NCBI GenBank assembly: GCA_964394985.1
Contig: CAYMZK010000001.1
Span: 63,957 to 127,956, forward strand
Direction of reading: 5' to 3'
Source: an uncultured Candidatus Saccharibacteria bacterium
GTDB lineage: Bacteria; Patescibacteriota; Minisyncoccia; Minisyncoccales; GWA2-38-27
DNA: 64,000 nt
The notes beneath the pieces were generated by a model. That model did no database searches, was not told the origin of the DNA, and saw nothing but the letters and a program-made list of their open reading frames with translations. Positions 38,745-49,583 of the stretch are shown one piece after another. Numbering within the stretch: the first letter of the stretch is position 1; every line of letters starts with the position of its first letter. Made by a program: the position numbers and the translations under genes.

Positions 38745-39396
38745 AAGATATGATTCAAAAAATAAGCATGGCAAGTGTTTCACCAGAATCAATGAAAGGC
38801 TTCTTATTAATTACCCTGTTTGCACATTAAAAAATATCGGCATTAGTCCTATAATAATTGGTGTCAATGCTAAAAGCGAATCGATTGCAAAGTCTGTTTT
38901 TCGCGGACTAAAGAATGTTGAAATAAGGATTAGCTCATCAAAAGGAACAGCTGGGTGTTTAAGGGATGTTCTCTCTCCAGAGATAACTAGAGGTATAGTT
39001 CTTTACGGTGACACTGTATACCTAGATTCTATTGCAGAGTTCGGAAAAACACTATCAATGATAAAAAGAGGTTGGGCAGTTATTGGTGTTCAACAAACCA
39101 ATAATCTTCAAAAATATATGGCTATAGTACAGACCGGTAAAGGATATGATCCAATAATAAAACCCCACTATTTAAAAAAGGGGCTGGCCTATATAGGATT
39201 ATTCGGCTTCAATGATCCTTTAATCTTAAACAAAATTTCTAATTTGATTTCCTCAAAAAGAAACGAATTGGAATTAACAGATCTGATTAAAAAATACGCA
39301 GAGTTAAACAGATTAAGACTAGGGTTTTATCGCTCTAAGTTTATAGATTGCAATACCAAAGAAAGAATTTCAGAACTTAAAGATCTTTTAAAATAG
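38707..39396 (+). CDS. nucleotidyltransferase (MobA-like NTP-transferase fold)
   Basis: N-terminal GIILAAGQSKR signature of sugar/cofactor nucleotidyltransferases; overlaps the NUDIX gene. Confidence 0.55.
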   Translation: MITGIILAAGQSKRYDSKNKHGKCFTRINERLLINYPVCTLKNIGISPIIIGVNAKSESIAKSVFRGLKNVEIRISSSKGTAGCLRDVLSPEITRGIVLYGDTVYLDSIAEFGKTLSMIKRGWAVIGVQQTNNLQKYMAIVQTGKGYDPIIKPHYLKKGLAYIGLFGFNDPLILNKISNLISSKRNELELTDLIKKYAELNRLRLGFYRSKFIDCNTKERISELKDLLK

Positions 39397-39419
39397 AAAA
39401 CTAATAGCACTTATTAAAA

Positions 39420-39450
39420 ACCCTTATACTATGATATAAGGGTTTTTTAA
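39420..39450 (+). terminator. intrinsic terminator
   Basis: aaaacccttatactatgatataagggtttttt. Confidence 0.6.
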
Positions 39451-39772
39451 ATTAAAGTCTATATTATTGGATATTGGACATCGGATGTTTGATATTTTTG
39501 TGATTTTTAACTTATTTTTCTTTGTTTATTTTATTTACCATTAATTCGCTTCAACAAAAAATCGCTGAAAAGGCGATTTTTTGACGAGAACTATTTTTTT
39601 AAAATTAAAAACCACAAAAATTCACAAATTTACGAAAGCTCAATCTTCGTATTTAAGCCCTCGTATATGTTCAAGCTAGTCTACCGAGGCGTAGCCTCGG
39701 CAGACTGGTAATTAGCTTTTAATTGGTACTGTTTAAAAGTGATGCGTCCCCTTTTCCCTACTATATGGTTAA

Positions 39773-40249
39773 TCAATACTGCCATAGATTTATTACCTCA
39801 TCTTGTTTGGCGAAATCAGTATTAAGGAAATGTTTATGAGGCATAATGCCAACTCTCCATAAGTCAAGCCTATCTGCATCCCAGCAGGTTTGTATAGTGA
39901 TATCCTTACTTTTTATATTTGAGTTGTTGTGATATTCGCAAGCAAATAACAACCTATCTAATTGACTCTTTGAGATATGAAACAACTTTTTATTATATAA
40001 TTCTTTAATAAAAACACTTGCTCTTTTGCCATGCCACAGATCATCGCTTTCATTTTCTCTTTTTGAATCATGAAGAAAAGCAAAAAAATTTATAACTTCA
40101 ATGTCCGCCTTTGTTTCTTTAGCTAAATAATTACCAATTTCCCTTACTCTGCGCCAGTGTTTTATTCCGTGGACTGTATTAATATCTAATTTAAATTGGT
40201 TTATTATTAAATTAATAAGATTTAAATGTTTTGATTCAAATTTCTCCAT
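39773..40249 (-). CDS. HD-domain phosphohydrolase
   Basis: HGIKHWRRV...FFAFLHDSKR...CWDADRLD (H..HD..D pattern); 158 aa. Confidence 0.5.
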   Translation of the reverse strand: MEKFESKHLNLINLIINQFKLDINTVHGIKHWRRVREIGNYLAKETKADIEVINFFAFLHDSKRENESDDLWHGKRASVFIKELYNKKLFHISKSQLDRLLFACEYHNNSNIKSKDITIQTCWDADRLDLWRVGIMPHKHFLNTDFAKQDEVINLWQY

Positions 40250-40502
40250 GGCATTTCTTTTGTCTTTATCTCGTGGTATCCTTTTTTCTCGGTAAAAGCA
40301 ACATAATTTTTAACCAAAGCCGTAACCTTAAAAATATATTTTTTATCCATTTCTCTGGCTTTAATCACACGCATATTATTATTTCAATTATTATTTTAAT
40401 TATTATTTATTGCTTAAATTCTCCATATTTTTATTTTATATTTTTTTTATTAATTCTTGTTGACGCATTTTAAATTTTTCGTATTTTCCGTATTTTTTTT
40501 GT

Positions 40503-41363
40503 TTATTCATAGGGATCAAGTGAATTATAAGGTTTTTGATTTAGTTGTTTCTTTTGCCTTTCTTGAAAATCTAAATCCCAATGTAATTGCTCTCGAAGTA
40601 ATTTAATATCTCTGTTTTCTAAATCTTGTAAAAATGAATCTAATTTGTCAAAACCCACTATATCAATTAAAAAATACTTTGACACATCTATTGGAGTGCC
40701 ATCATTTTTTAATTGCTTATAAGAGTAATCTACCTCTTGCTGAAATGGTTCACTAATAACAACATGTCCATTCTCAACATCGCGCTTATGTATGTTCTGA
40801 AATGAATCAGTAATAATAATAGGAAAATCAATAGTATAATAATCACTACTTTTATCGGCAAAGAAAATAAGCCCATTGAGACATTGATTTATCGCTTTAA
40901 AAAAATCATCACGATTTCCGCTCTTATCAGATATCTTTGCAACTTGAATATTATCTGCATAATGATGTTTCGCCGATGCTTGATTCTGACTAATATAATA
41001 ATCTTGTTTATCTAATAAAATATTATTATCCTTTGCTAATTTCATCGCAGATAACATATTTTTCTCCATAAACCAAAATACTACCGGGTCTTTAATGTGT
41101 TTACATTCAATAAATAATCGAATAACAAGTTCACCTAGCTGATAATCTCCGAAAGCGTCTTTTATCGGCCATTTACGAGAAGCAATAATATCGATTTCTC
41201 TCGGTTTTCCTGTTGCTGGATCGTTATAATAAGGACTGACAGATGTTTCCCACTCATGACTATTCAAATAGTCAATAACTTTAAATTGCAAATCGTTTCC
41301 GCTTTTATTTATTATATCTTGAACCTTATCTTTTTTTGAATTAAATTTTGGCATATCTTTCAT
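40503..41363 (-). CDS. hypothetical protein co-transcribed with the type III res gene; possible PD-(D/E)xK nuclease
   Basis: REIDIIASRKW...LFIECKH can be read as a D...E.K nuclease motif. Only a 19-nt gap separates it from res. Confidence 0.35.
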   Translation of the reverse strand: MKDMPKFNSKKDKVQDIINKSGNDLQFKVIDYLNSHEWETSVSPYYNDPATGKPREIDIIASRKWPIKDAFGDYQLGELVIRLFIECKHIKDPVVFWFMEKNMLSAMKLAKDNNILLDKQDYYISQNQASAKHHYADNIQVAKISDKSGNRDDFFKAINQCLNGLIFFADKSSDYYTIDFPIIITDSFQNIHKRDVENGHVVISEPFQQEVDYSYKQLKNDGTPIDVSKYFLIDIVGFDKLDSFLQDLENRDIKLLREQLHWDLDFQERQKKQLNQKPYNSLDPYE

Positions 41364-41382
41364 ATTAAATTTTATTCATAAT

Positions 41383-44058
41383 CTATGTTTTACTAAAATT
41401 TTTCACCAATTCCTCAAAATTCTTCGGGGCGTATTTTTCATAGTCCTCTTGTTTGATATAAAGAGCGGTGAATTTAACTTTATTTTGTACGGAATTTATA
41501 TCATCGCACCATTGATAAAGGCGTTTTATCTTCTCTACATCGTCTAAGTCTTCTCGCCCTTTTGTTTCCACGATATAAATTTCCTTTTCGGAAACTTTTA
41601 CAAAAAAGTCGGGATAATAATCTTTGATATTTCCGTCCGCGTCTTTGTAATCAATCTTGAAATGCACCGCAAAATAATTTTTGGCGTAGGAAACTATGTC
41701 ATCGCATTCTTCAAGAAAATTGGCAAACTGAAGCTCAAAATAGCTGTCGCCAACAATTTTATTGAACACGCTCTTTTTCGGCACAATAAAACCTTGTTCC
41801 TTAATAACAAATGGCCTTGATTTGCTGATTTTTATGTAGTCTTTTATTTCCGCTTCGCCTTTATCAACAACAGTCAGATCGTTAATTTCTTTTTTGAAAG
41901 TTTCAATAATCGTTTTTGTCGCTTCAAGCTCCGACAAATTCCGCAAGATATTCAAGTCTTCTAAATCAACCTTCTTATCAAAAAGATGATTGGTTACAAA
42001 CTCTTTTACTTTTTCATACAAAATATCATGTCCACCAACTAAGCGAAGCTCTTTTCTGATTATTTGTGCAAAGTAACCAACAACACTTTGATAATTGGGC
42101 ACAAAATCACTATCAAGCTCAGTGGTATGCGTTACTTCACCAGAAGCTATGTCCCGAAAAACAATTTCCTTTTTTTCCTTTTCGCTAAATTCTTTTATTT
42201 TCAGTTTCTTATGATTAAAACTTGCGGTGTTAAGCTCTGAAATATTTTTATATTCGCGATAAATCCTAGGGGTTAAAATCGGGATTTGAATATCTAGGCT
42301 CTCAATATCTTTTTTGGTATTTTCTTTATCCACTTCAACCACCAACGGAGCTTTTGGCTCTGTTCCTTCGCCCATTTTCTTTTTCTCAAGTTCAACGCCC
42401 TCGTTCTTAATAGACTCTACAAAATCCATAAAAGCGTCCGTTCCAACCACGCTTACATATTCCGTAACATCTGAAGTTCTATACATACGCCTCAAACCTC
42501 GTCCCAAAGTCTGTTCCGGCAAGATATTGCTCTTTGACGAATAAGGACGCAAGCCGACAATCGTAGTTACATTTTTTACATCCCAACCCTCTTTAAGCAT
42601 TAAAACCGAAACAATCGCTTTGTGCGGGCTTTCCCAATTATCAATCTCATTTGAGGCTTTTCTAAGCTCTTTTAATTCTTCCTCTTTTTTACCTGTTACT
42701 GTTTCCGAAATCTCACCATTATTTTTTGTGTGAATAGTTAAAACAGCGTCTTTAAATTCTGGATAGGTATTTTGCAGATATTCATTTACGTCATCACAGT
42801 TTTTTGTGTCGTCGGTCATTACGAAAAATACCGCTTTCTTGCCGAGTTTTTTATGTTCATCATAAACTTTTTTCCATTCAAGATAACCGAGATGAATATA
42901 ATCCTTGTATTTTTCCGTGAACTTTGCGCTTTTATGTTCTTGTAATTTGGCACGACTGGCAGAATCTGGAAGCACAGGGTGTTTTACAACGTCCTGATAA
43001 ATTGCCTCAACGAGTGGATAATCAGAAATTGTTTGTACAAAAATTGATCCGTTGTTGTGTTTTGGCGTGGCAGTAACATCAATCTGTAAAGATAAAAAAT
43101 TGTCTTTCATCTTCATTCTGTTGCTAATGTCTTCAATTGACTTAAACCACGCCAAACGCTCATCGTGGATATGATGTGCTTCGTCGTTTAGTACCATAAG
43201 TTCATCAACATCCCTCACAATTTCACCAATATTAACTTTTGAGTCGCTTGTCTTGGCAACGGGCTTATCTCCCAAAAAATAATCCATTGTATTTTCATCG
43301 TCAAAACTTGGAATATTATCTTTGCTGTTATAGACGCGATGAATATTGGTCAAAAAAATGTTTCCGGTTTTGCGAACAGTATTTATGTCGTCCTGCATAT
43401 GAATAGTAATTTGGAAATCATCTTTCCAGTTTTGTCCGCCGAAACCGTTATCAGGCAAGATCGGATCATCATAAAATATTTTAAGCCCTGTAAAGTCGGT
43501 TTTGATACGATCTAACACAATAATATTTGGAGTGATCAATAAAAAGTTTCTTGCCAGTTTTGAATCTTCTTCATACATTTTATGGAAATAACTCCAAGCT
43601 ATGAGCAAGCTCATCACTTTTGTTTTTCCGCTTCCTGTCGCCATTTTAATAACCAACCTAAGCCAGTCTTCCGGAAACATACTTGAAGAAACCGCACCGG
43701 AGCTGTCATAGCGAATAAGATCATACTTATCTTTTACTCCTGCAACTTCATAGAGATAAATGACTGTTTCAATCGCTTCTCTTTGCGCGAAGTAGTATTG
43801 AAAATTAACCATTCCGTCCGGTGTTTCCGTTGGGTGTTCAGTTTGAAACCACCATTGCAATAAAGCACGAGAAGTATCACTTACGCCTTCATAATTATTA
43901 TCACGCCATTTTTTTATTTCTTGCCGTAGCGTATGCACAAGAGGCGGAAGCAGTTTTTCATACCCCTTTTCCCGCAATGCTTCATCAGCCGGAAACCAAC
44001 GGATTTTTGGGTCAAGTATTGCATGCGGTGATTTTGGAAAATTTTTATGTAGTGCCAT
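41383..44058 (-). CDS. type III restriction enzyme Res subunit (SF2 helicase-nuclease)
   Basis: Walker A MATGSGKTKV and DEAH box LNDEAHHIHD; 891 aa. Confidence 0.8.
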   Translation of the reverse strand: MALHKNFPKSPHAILDPKIRWFPADEALREKGYEKLLPPLVHTLRQEIKKWRDNNYEGVSDTSRALLQWWFQTEHPTETPDGMVNFQYYFAQREAIETVIYLYEVAGVKDKYDLIRYDSSGAVSSSMFPEDWLRLVIKMATGSGKTKVMSLLIAWSYFHKMYEEDSKLARNFLLITPNIIVLDRIKTDFTGLKIFYDDPILPDNGFGGQNWKDDFQITIHMQDDINTVRKTGNIFLTNIHRVYNSKDNIPSFDDENTMDYFLGDKPVAKTSDSKVNIGEIVRDVDELMVLNDEAHHIHDERLAWFKSIEDISNRMKMKDNFLSLQIDVTATPKHNNGSIFVQTISDYPLVEAIYQDVVKHPVLPDSASRAKLQEHKSAKFTEKYKDYIHLGYLEWKKVYDEHKKLGKKAVFFVMTDDTKNCDDVNEYLQNTYPEFKDAVLTIHTKNNGEISETVTGKKEEELKELRKASNEIDNWESPHKAIVSVLMLKEGWDVKNVTTIVGLRPYSSKSNILPEQTLGRGLRRMYRTSDVTEYVSVVGTDAFMDFVESIKNEGVELEKKKMGEGTEPKAPLVVEVDKENTKKDIESLDIQIPILTPRIYREYKNISELNTASFNHKKLKIKEFSEKEKKEIVFRDIASGEVTHTTELDSDFVPNYQSVVGYFAQIIRKELRLVGGHDILYEKVKEFVTNHLFDKKVDLEDLNILRNLSELEATKTIIETFKKEINDLTVVDKGEAEIKDYIKISKSRPFVIKEQGFIVPKKSVFNKIVGDSYFELQFANFLEECDDIVSYAKNYFAVHFKIDYKDADGNIKDYYPDFFVKVSEKEIYIVETKGREDLDDVEKIKRLYQWCDDINSVQNKVKFTALYIKQEDYEKYAPKNFEELVKNFSKT

Positions 44059-44059
44059 A

Positions 44060-44248
44060 TTATTTATTGTTAAGCAATTCTAATATCTGATCTTGTTGCT
44101 TGATAATTAATTCCTGATTCTGCTTGTTTTGATCAAGTAGCTCCTGGTTTGTTTTTTGTATCATCTCAATCGATTTAGTTTTTTGAGAATATTCTTTATA
44201 TATCGCAGAATTTATATGAAAAGAATCAATGATTAAAGTAGCTACCAT
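44060..44248 (-). CDS. small hypothetical membrane protein
   Basis: 62 aa with one TM helix; sits between mod and res. Confidence 0.3.
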   Translation of the reverse strand: MVATLIIDSFHINSAIYKEYSQKTKSIEMIQKTNQELLDQNKQNQELIIKQQDQILELLNNK

Positions 44249-44383
44249 TACTACTAAAATTACAATAACACTAAGTAAAATAAAATTTACATCTTTAAAT
44301 CTAGAGTCTGTCTCTTTTTTAGTTCGGGTGCGGTAACGCCTCCGCTCTCAGGTATTTCAATTTGTGGTCTCTCTTTTTCCATA

Positions 44384-44596
44384 TCAATATATTCCAGTTA
44401 TGACATAGATATCATTTTCCACTCTTACCTCTAAATCTCTACCAATTAACACGGATGAATTTATGCCACCAAAGGAAACATTATTAAATCTAGCGCCGGG
44501 CCCAAATTGAACACCGCCAATTCTTATGGTTTTTTCTTTAGACGAAATACTACCATCCGAATGTACATTAAAGATTTGATGAAAATTTATACGCAT
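44384..44596 (-). CDS. small hypothetical protein
   Basis: 70 aa ORF between mod and res. Confidence 0.3.
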   Translation of the reverse strand: MRINFHQIFNVHSDGSISSKEKTIRIGGVQFGPGARFNNVSFGGINSSVLIGRDLEVRVENDIYVITGIY

Positions 44597-44599
44597 ATT

Positions 44600-46750
44600 T
44601 TAAATATTAACTTCAATTACTTTCATTGTATCATTTCCAAAAATGTCCACGACTTTAACGGCAATTTTACGCCGTCCTTTCTCGCATTCGCGGGAAACGC
44701 TTTTCAGTTCAATGGAGCGGTCTTTTTTCGTTCGGAAAGACTGCCACTCATTCTCAAAAATATAATTTCCCGTCCACGCTTCCTCAATTTCTCCGTTTTC
44801 TTTTTTTACGCGGACAAGCTCTTTTTTACTTTCAAAATCAAAATCAACCGCCCAATAGTCAATCCAATCCGTCCATTTTTTAGTCAAAACCTCTCGCTTT
44901 ACAATTCCGTCTTTGTCTTTGGAAATTTTAATGATATTGCCTTGTTCAACTAAAACTTTATCAGAGCCTTTTTTGAGACTGGCAATAACATTGTCAACAA
45001 TATCCTGATTATAATAAACGGAAAAATCAGTCAGCTCTATTGCCACTGTTCCGGGTGTTCGCTTTCCGGCAGATTTGATATGCGGTTTAACTTCTATATA
45101 GCTCACATCATGAAATTGAATTTGATTTTTCTCAATCGCTCGCTTATCAAAAACTTCTCGTGGAATATGCTTAAGGGCTAAATCAATTCCTTTTGCTTTG
45201 GCTTCTTCCTGGATTTTCGGAAACAACCCCATTTCATATTCAAAAGAAAGAATATCAACTTTGGTGATCTGTTTTTCAATACACTCTTTGATTACTTCCT
45301 CTACAAAAAGCCGTGAAGCGGGTAAGTTTATTGGTCCAATAGCCACCAATCGCCCCGCTTTTTTAGCGGCAAAAGTTTTGAAATTATTTGTGCTTTCCGC
45401 TTTATACGCTTTGACAATCAGCTTTACAAAATCAGTTTCTTTTTTAGCAAGCTGTTTTTGCTTTTGTTCTTCTCGTAAGTCAGGATTGACACCAATATAA
45501 TGTTGGCGTTCGTATTTACCAAGGTTCAGTATTTCAAAGGCTCGGAAATCTGTTCCCGTTTTCTTCATTTCACGCTGGACGCTGATCATTCTTTTTCGCG
45601 TGGTGTGAATAGAAAATTTACCAAGATCAGAACCAATCCATTTTCTGCCTAGTTTTTCCGCAACAGCAAGTGTCGTTCCTGAACCGCAAAAAAAATCAGC
45701 AACAAGATCGCCCTCATTGGAAGAAGCTTTTATTATGCGTTCAAGGAGTTTTTCTGGCTTTTGGGTTGGATAATTAAGTATTTCTGGAGAATTAACAATC
45801 GTCTGAAAATTTGCTATATCATTCCACACGTCAGAAACGGGCACGCCTTTTGACTCATCCAAATAAACCCTTCTTGTTTTTGTTATGGGTTTATATCGCC
45901 TTCCGTCTTCATCAACTTTTGTAAACCTCTTTAATTGTGCCTCCGAATAGTCTTCAAATGGCTTGTTAAAAATTATATCTTCTGATGATTTAGAGTAGTA
46001 AAGAATATTTTCATGTCCTCTTACATAATTTTGCACCATACCTTTATATCCAGACGCAGCAGACATTGTCCAAACAATATTTCTTCTGAAATTATCTTTT
46101 CCAAAAACCTCATCCAAAACCAATCTCATATATCCACTAACGCGCCAATCACAATGCACATAAATACTGCCGTCATCGGCAAGTAAATCTTTCATCAAAC
46201 TTAGTCGTTCATAAATCATGGCGATAAAACTATCCGCACCCTTGCCCCAAGTGTCGCGATAAGCAAGCTCCTCCAATACATTCGGCTTTTTGGTTAGTTC
46301 ATCTTCGCCAATTTCCACTTTCATTGAAAAATCTGCACCCACATCAAACGGCGGATCAATATAAATAAGTTTTAGACCGCCTTCTTTTTCAATTTCCTCA
46401 CGCAATACACCGCTTTTTAAACTGGATAAAATAAGTTTGTTGTCTCCCCAAATCAGCTTGTTTGTCCAACCAGCAATTTGCCTACCTCTGTCATCAAAAT
46501 CAAAAAGCATTTGCTGGGCTTGTTTTTTGGTATCTTTTGTATTTTCCGCTCTTGGCTCATCAACCATTTCAATTGTTTGAAAGGGTAAGACAACATTAGA
46601 CACTTCAGAACTTTTCTCATTCCATACAAGCTCAACCTCTTTTTTATCCGCAAAAAGCAAAAAACGAAATTTGTCCGGAAGTGGCTTCCCGGATTCAATA
46701 TATTTGATAATATCTCGTTTCTCGTTTTCGGTTAGATTAATTTTATCCAT
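44600..46750 (-). CDS. type III R-M Mod subunit (beta-class N6-adenine or N4-cytosine DNA methyltransferase)
   Basis: Motif [12 protein letters not shown] precedes motif [25 protein letters not shown], the beta-class order. 716 aa. Confidence 0.8.
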   Translation of the reverse strand: MDKINLTENEKRDIIKYIESGKPLPDKFRFLLFADKKEVELVWNEKSSEVSNVVLPFQTIEMVDEPRAENTKDTKKQAQQMLFDFDDRGRQIAGWTNKLIWGDNKLILSSLKSGVLREEIEKEGGLKLIYIDPPFDVGADFSMKVEIGEDELTKKPNVLEELAYRDTWGKGADSFIAMIYERLSLMKDLLADDGSIYVHCDWRVSGYMRLVLDEVFGKDNFRRNIVWTMSAASGYKGMVQNYVRGHENILYYSKSSEDIIFNKPFEDYSEAQLKRFTKVDEDGRRYKPITKTRRVYLDESKGVPVSDVWNDIANFQTIVNSPEILNYPTQKPEKLLERIIKASSNEGDLVADFFCGSGTTLAVAEKLGRKWIGSDLGKFSIHTTRKRMISVQREMKKTGTDFRAFEILNLGKYERQHYIGVNPDLREEQKQKQLAKKETDFVKLIVKAYKAESTNNFKTFAAKKAGRLVAIGPINLPASRLFVEEVIKECIEKQITKVDILSFEYEMGLFPKIQEEAKAKGIDLALKHIPREVFDKRAIEKNQIQFHDVSYIEVKPHIKSAGKRTPGTVAIELTDFSVYYNQDIVDNVIASLKKGSDKVLVEQGNIIKISKDKDGIVKREVLTKKWTDWIDYWAVDFDFESKKELVRVKKENGEIEEAWTGNYIFENEWQSFRTKKDRSIELKSVSRECEKGRRKIAVKVVDIFGNDTMKVIEVNI

Positions 46751-46847
46751 AATTTTATTTTATTAATCGCCAATCAACTATTTTCATTGCTTTTGTTTAG
46801 AATACTTTTTTCTTGGTCTAAAATCAAGGAATTAATAAGATTTAAAA

Positions 46848-46870
46848 TGGCCAACACTCAGTGTTGGCCA
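46848..46870 (-). terminator. intrinsic terminator
   Basis: ggccaacact-cag-tgttggcc followed by a T-rich run on the minus strand. Confidence 0.55.
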
Positions 46871-46874
46871 CTTA

Positions 46875-47261
46875 TTATTTTAATTCTTTTTTGAGGATTT
46901 CCACTAATTGAGTGGGGGTGTGTTGAGATTTGGTGAGACACTTTTGGTTTCCGAGATCGTAGCCCAACTTTTTAAGTTCGGTATCAGTGTTATTGCTTAA
47001 AACAATAAGTTTAATGTTTTTAGTTTTCTCGTTTTCTTTGATTTGTTTCAATAAATCTGTTCCGTTAATATCCGGGAGAACGATGTCTAATAAAATTAAA
47101 TCTGGAGCTTTGGTTTTTCCAGATTGAATCTCTTGTATCTTATTTAACATAGATTGACCATCGCTTAAAGTTTCTACATTAAACCCCGCGGCCTTAAAAG
47201 CTATTTGATAAATATCAATGATAGCGGAATCATCTTCTACTAATAATATATTTTTAGGCAT
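46875..47261 (-). CDS. response-regulator receiver-domain protein (CheY-like, standalone)
   Basis: DD acidic pocket (LLVEDDSAII), phospho-acceptor Asp in ILLDIVLPD, conserved Lys in KLIVLSN; 128 aa. Confidence 0.75.
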   Translation of the reverse strand: MPKNILLVEDDSAIIDIYQIAFKAAGFNVETLSDGQSMLNKIQEIQSGKTKAPDLILLDIVLPDINGTDLLKQIKENEKTKNIKLIVLSNNTDTELKKLGYDLGNQKCLTKSQHTPTQLVEILKKELK

Positions 47262-47265
47262 ATAT

Positions 47266-49497
47266 TTATGTTATTGGTAATTGAATAAAGAAAGATGAGC
47301 CCTTATCTTGGCCTTGAGATTCAGCCCAGATCTTTCCGTTGTGTGCTTCAATTATTAAGGTGGACATAAACAAACCGATTCCTCTTCCGGTGGCATAAAA
47401 TTTATCTGCTTTCTCTCCCCTTTCAAACAACTTCTTAAAGATAAGTTTGAGATTTTTTTGAGGAATTCCTCTTCCAGTGTCTTTAATTTCTATTTGAATA
47501 TTATTATTTACTACTGAAGGAATAATAGTTACTCCTCCTTTGGTGGTATATTTAACGGCGTTATCAACTATATTGAAAATGGCTGTTTTAAGTTTTTCGG
47601 GGTCGGCGTTAATTTTAGGCAATGCTCTCCCTTTCTCTAATTTAATAGTTAATTTTTTTCTTTCAGCCTCTATACTAACTTCTTCTATAATCTCATCTAA
47701 GAGAGAATCTACTTCTATCTCTGGAACTATAGCCACCACTTTTCTTCCCAGTTGAAGTTGAGATATATCTAAAAATTCATCAATTAATCTAGATAATACT
47801 TTTGTGGCTGATTGAAGTTTTTCTAATCCCTCTTTCATTTTTTTAGATACTTTTCCAAAACTTCCCCCAAGCATTAAATCTAAATATCCAGACATCCCCG
47901 AAACCGGAGTTCTTAAATGATGTTGAGTAGCTAGTATAAACTGATCTTTAGCTTTATCTAACTTTTTTAATTCTTCATGGGCTTTCTTTTCTATTTCATA
48001 TGCTTTTTGAATCTCTTCTTTTTGTTGCTTTATTTCCGCAGTTTGTTCATTTACTTTTTGTTTTAAAGTTTTATTAAAATTCCGAACCTGATTATACAAT
48101 TTAGCATTTTCTATGGCAACAGCAGCTTGACTTGAAAGCATTTCTAATAATTGAAGGTCTTCTTTACTATATGCGTCACCTGAGTTTTTAGAACCTAAAA
48201 CAACTATCCCAATCAATCTAGAAGCAGAGATTAGAGGCAAACACAAAGAAGCTTCTATTTTTTCTAAATTCTTAGCTAGTTTTTCAAAACTCTTTTTCTC
48301 TTCTTGATTTTTAAATTCTTTAGCTAATATATGTAACTCCTCTCTAATTAACGCTTTTTTAGTTTTTTCTAAATATCTCGTTAGAAAACTATCTTGAACC
48401 AAACTAATTCCATTTGACTCATTAAAACCAATAACCTTGGCTATTTTATAGTGAATCTTTTCTTTTTCTTTGCTTATTAATAAAACCCCGGCTCTATTTA
48501 AATTCATTGTTTCTTTAATGGTGTCCACAATAGAATCAACTATTTTGTTTAAATCTATACTAGCACTTAATTCTTTGGCTAATTTATTAATTGCTTCTTG
48601 ATAGTTATACAAATCATAAAAAAGATACCTACTGGTAATTTTTTTAAACCACTTATTTATTAAAATAAATATTGCAACAAAAACAGGAGCAACTGCCAAA
48701 CCCACAACATATGTTTTTACAGTATATGCTCCTCCCAAAAAACTATTGTAGAACCAAAGCAAAAGATAAAAGAATCCATATACTAAACCAGCCATTATTA
48801 CATAAAAAACAAATTTTCTTATTATAATCCTGATATCCATTAATCTATATTTTAAGATTGCGTAAGATATCATTAATACTGCGATAAATATTGTTCCATT
48901 CCAAACAGGATAAATTGATTCTATTCCATAAACAGGAGGATAAGAAGTAACTCCACCCGAAAAACCAATAAAAAGAGCTAATATTAAATATTTTATTTGA
49001 GTTCTTATTATTCCTTTGCTCCTCTCATAAACTCTATTCAATTCGTATATCGCATAAATAACAGCTAAAACAAAAAATAATATAAGAGCAGTATAAAAAG
49101 GAGTACCTTTTATATAATAAAACTGATTGAATGCAAAATATAAATCATGTATTAAATAGTTTGTGAATAAGTCTAAATAAATAAAAAACGCCCCTATTAA
49201 ATAAGAAGCGAATAAAAGGATTTTTCTTTTTAATCCCAAAAATGCTATAACGAAATGAATTAAAAATACTGGAATCAAAATAACTCCAACTTCTGCAATC
49301 CGCCACCAAAAAAGAGATTTTTCGAGAGTTACACTTGTGGAGACCTTAAACATACCAATTCCCCAAATCACGACTGAAGCTAAAAAGGCAGACCAGGCTA
49401 GATGAACTTTTTTTCTACCTTTTAATAAGCAAAAAATTCCCAATATAGCAGATGGGATGGCCACAAAAAATAATCCCGTAATACCAAATCCATTCAT
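47266..49497 (-). CDS. membrane sensor histidine kinase with GAF domain
   Basis: About eight N-terminal TM helices, a GAF-like middle region, H-box QHHLRTPVSGMSGY, and HATPase motifs (N-box, DTGRGIP, GRGIGL). Confidence 0.8.
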   Translation of the reverse strand: MNGFGITGLFFVAIPSAILGIFCLLKGRKKVHLAWSAFLASVVIWGIGMFKVSTSVTLEKSLFWWRIAEVGVILIPVFLIHFVIAFLGLKRKILLFASYLIGAFFIYLDLFTNYLIHDLYFAFNQFYYIKGTPFYTALILFFVLAVIYAIYELNRVYERSKGIIRTQIKYLILALFIGFSGGVTSYPPVYGIESIYPVWNGTIFIAVLMISYAILKYRLMDIRIIIRKFVFYVIMAGLVYGFFYLLLWFYNSFLGGAYTVKTYVVGLAVAPVFVAIFILINKWFKKITSRYLFYDLYNYQEAINKLAKELSASIDLNKIVDSIVDTIKETMNLNRAGVLLISKEKEKIHYKIAKVIGFNESNGISLVQDSFLTRYLEKTKKALIREELHILAKEFKNQEEKKSFEKLAKNLEKIEASLCLPLISASRLIGIVVLGSKNSGDAYSKEDLQLLEMLSSQAAVAIENAKLYNQVRNFNKTLKQKVNEQTAEIKQQKEEIQKAYEIEKKAHEELKKLDKAKDQFILATQHHLRTPVSGMSGYLDLMLGGSFGKVSKKMKEGLEKLQSATKVLSRLIDEFLDISQLQLGRKVVAIVPEIEVDSLLDEIIEEVSIEAERKKLTIKLEKGRALPKINADPEKLKTAIFNIVDNAVKYTTKGGVTIIPSVVNNNIQIEIKDTGRGIPQKNLKLIFKKLFERGEKADKFYATGRGIGLFMSTLIIEAHNGKIWAESQGQDKGSSFFIQLPIT

Positions 49498-49583
49498 TAA
49501 TATATTATACTATTAATAAAAATAAAATAAAAGCGATCTGCTGATGTAAAAAAGCCGTTTCTTTTTGCGAAACGGCTTTCGTA

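Noticed and set aside
46811-46850. 17-bp match aattaataagatttaaa shared with 40205-40222
   Set aside because: Short and AT-rich, plausibly chance in about 30% GC DNA.
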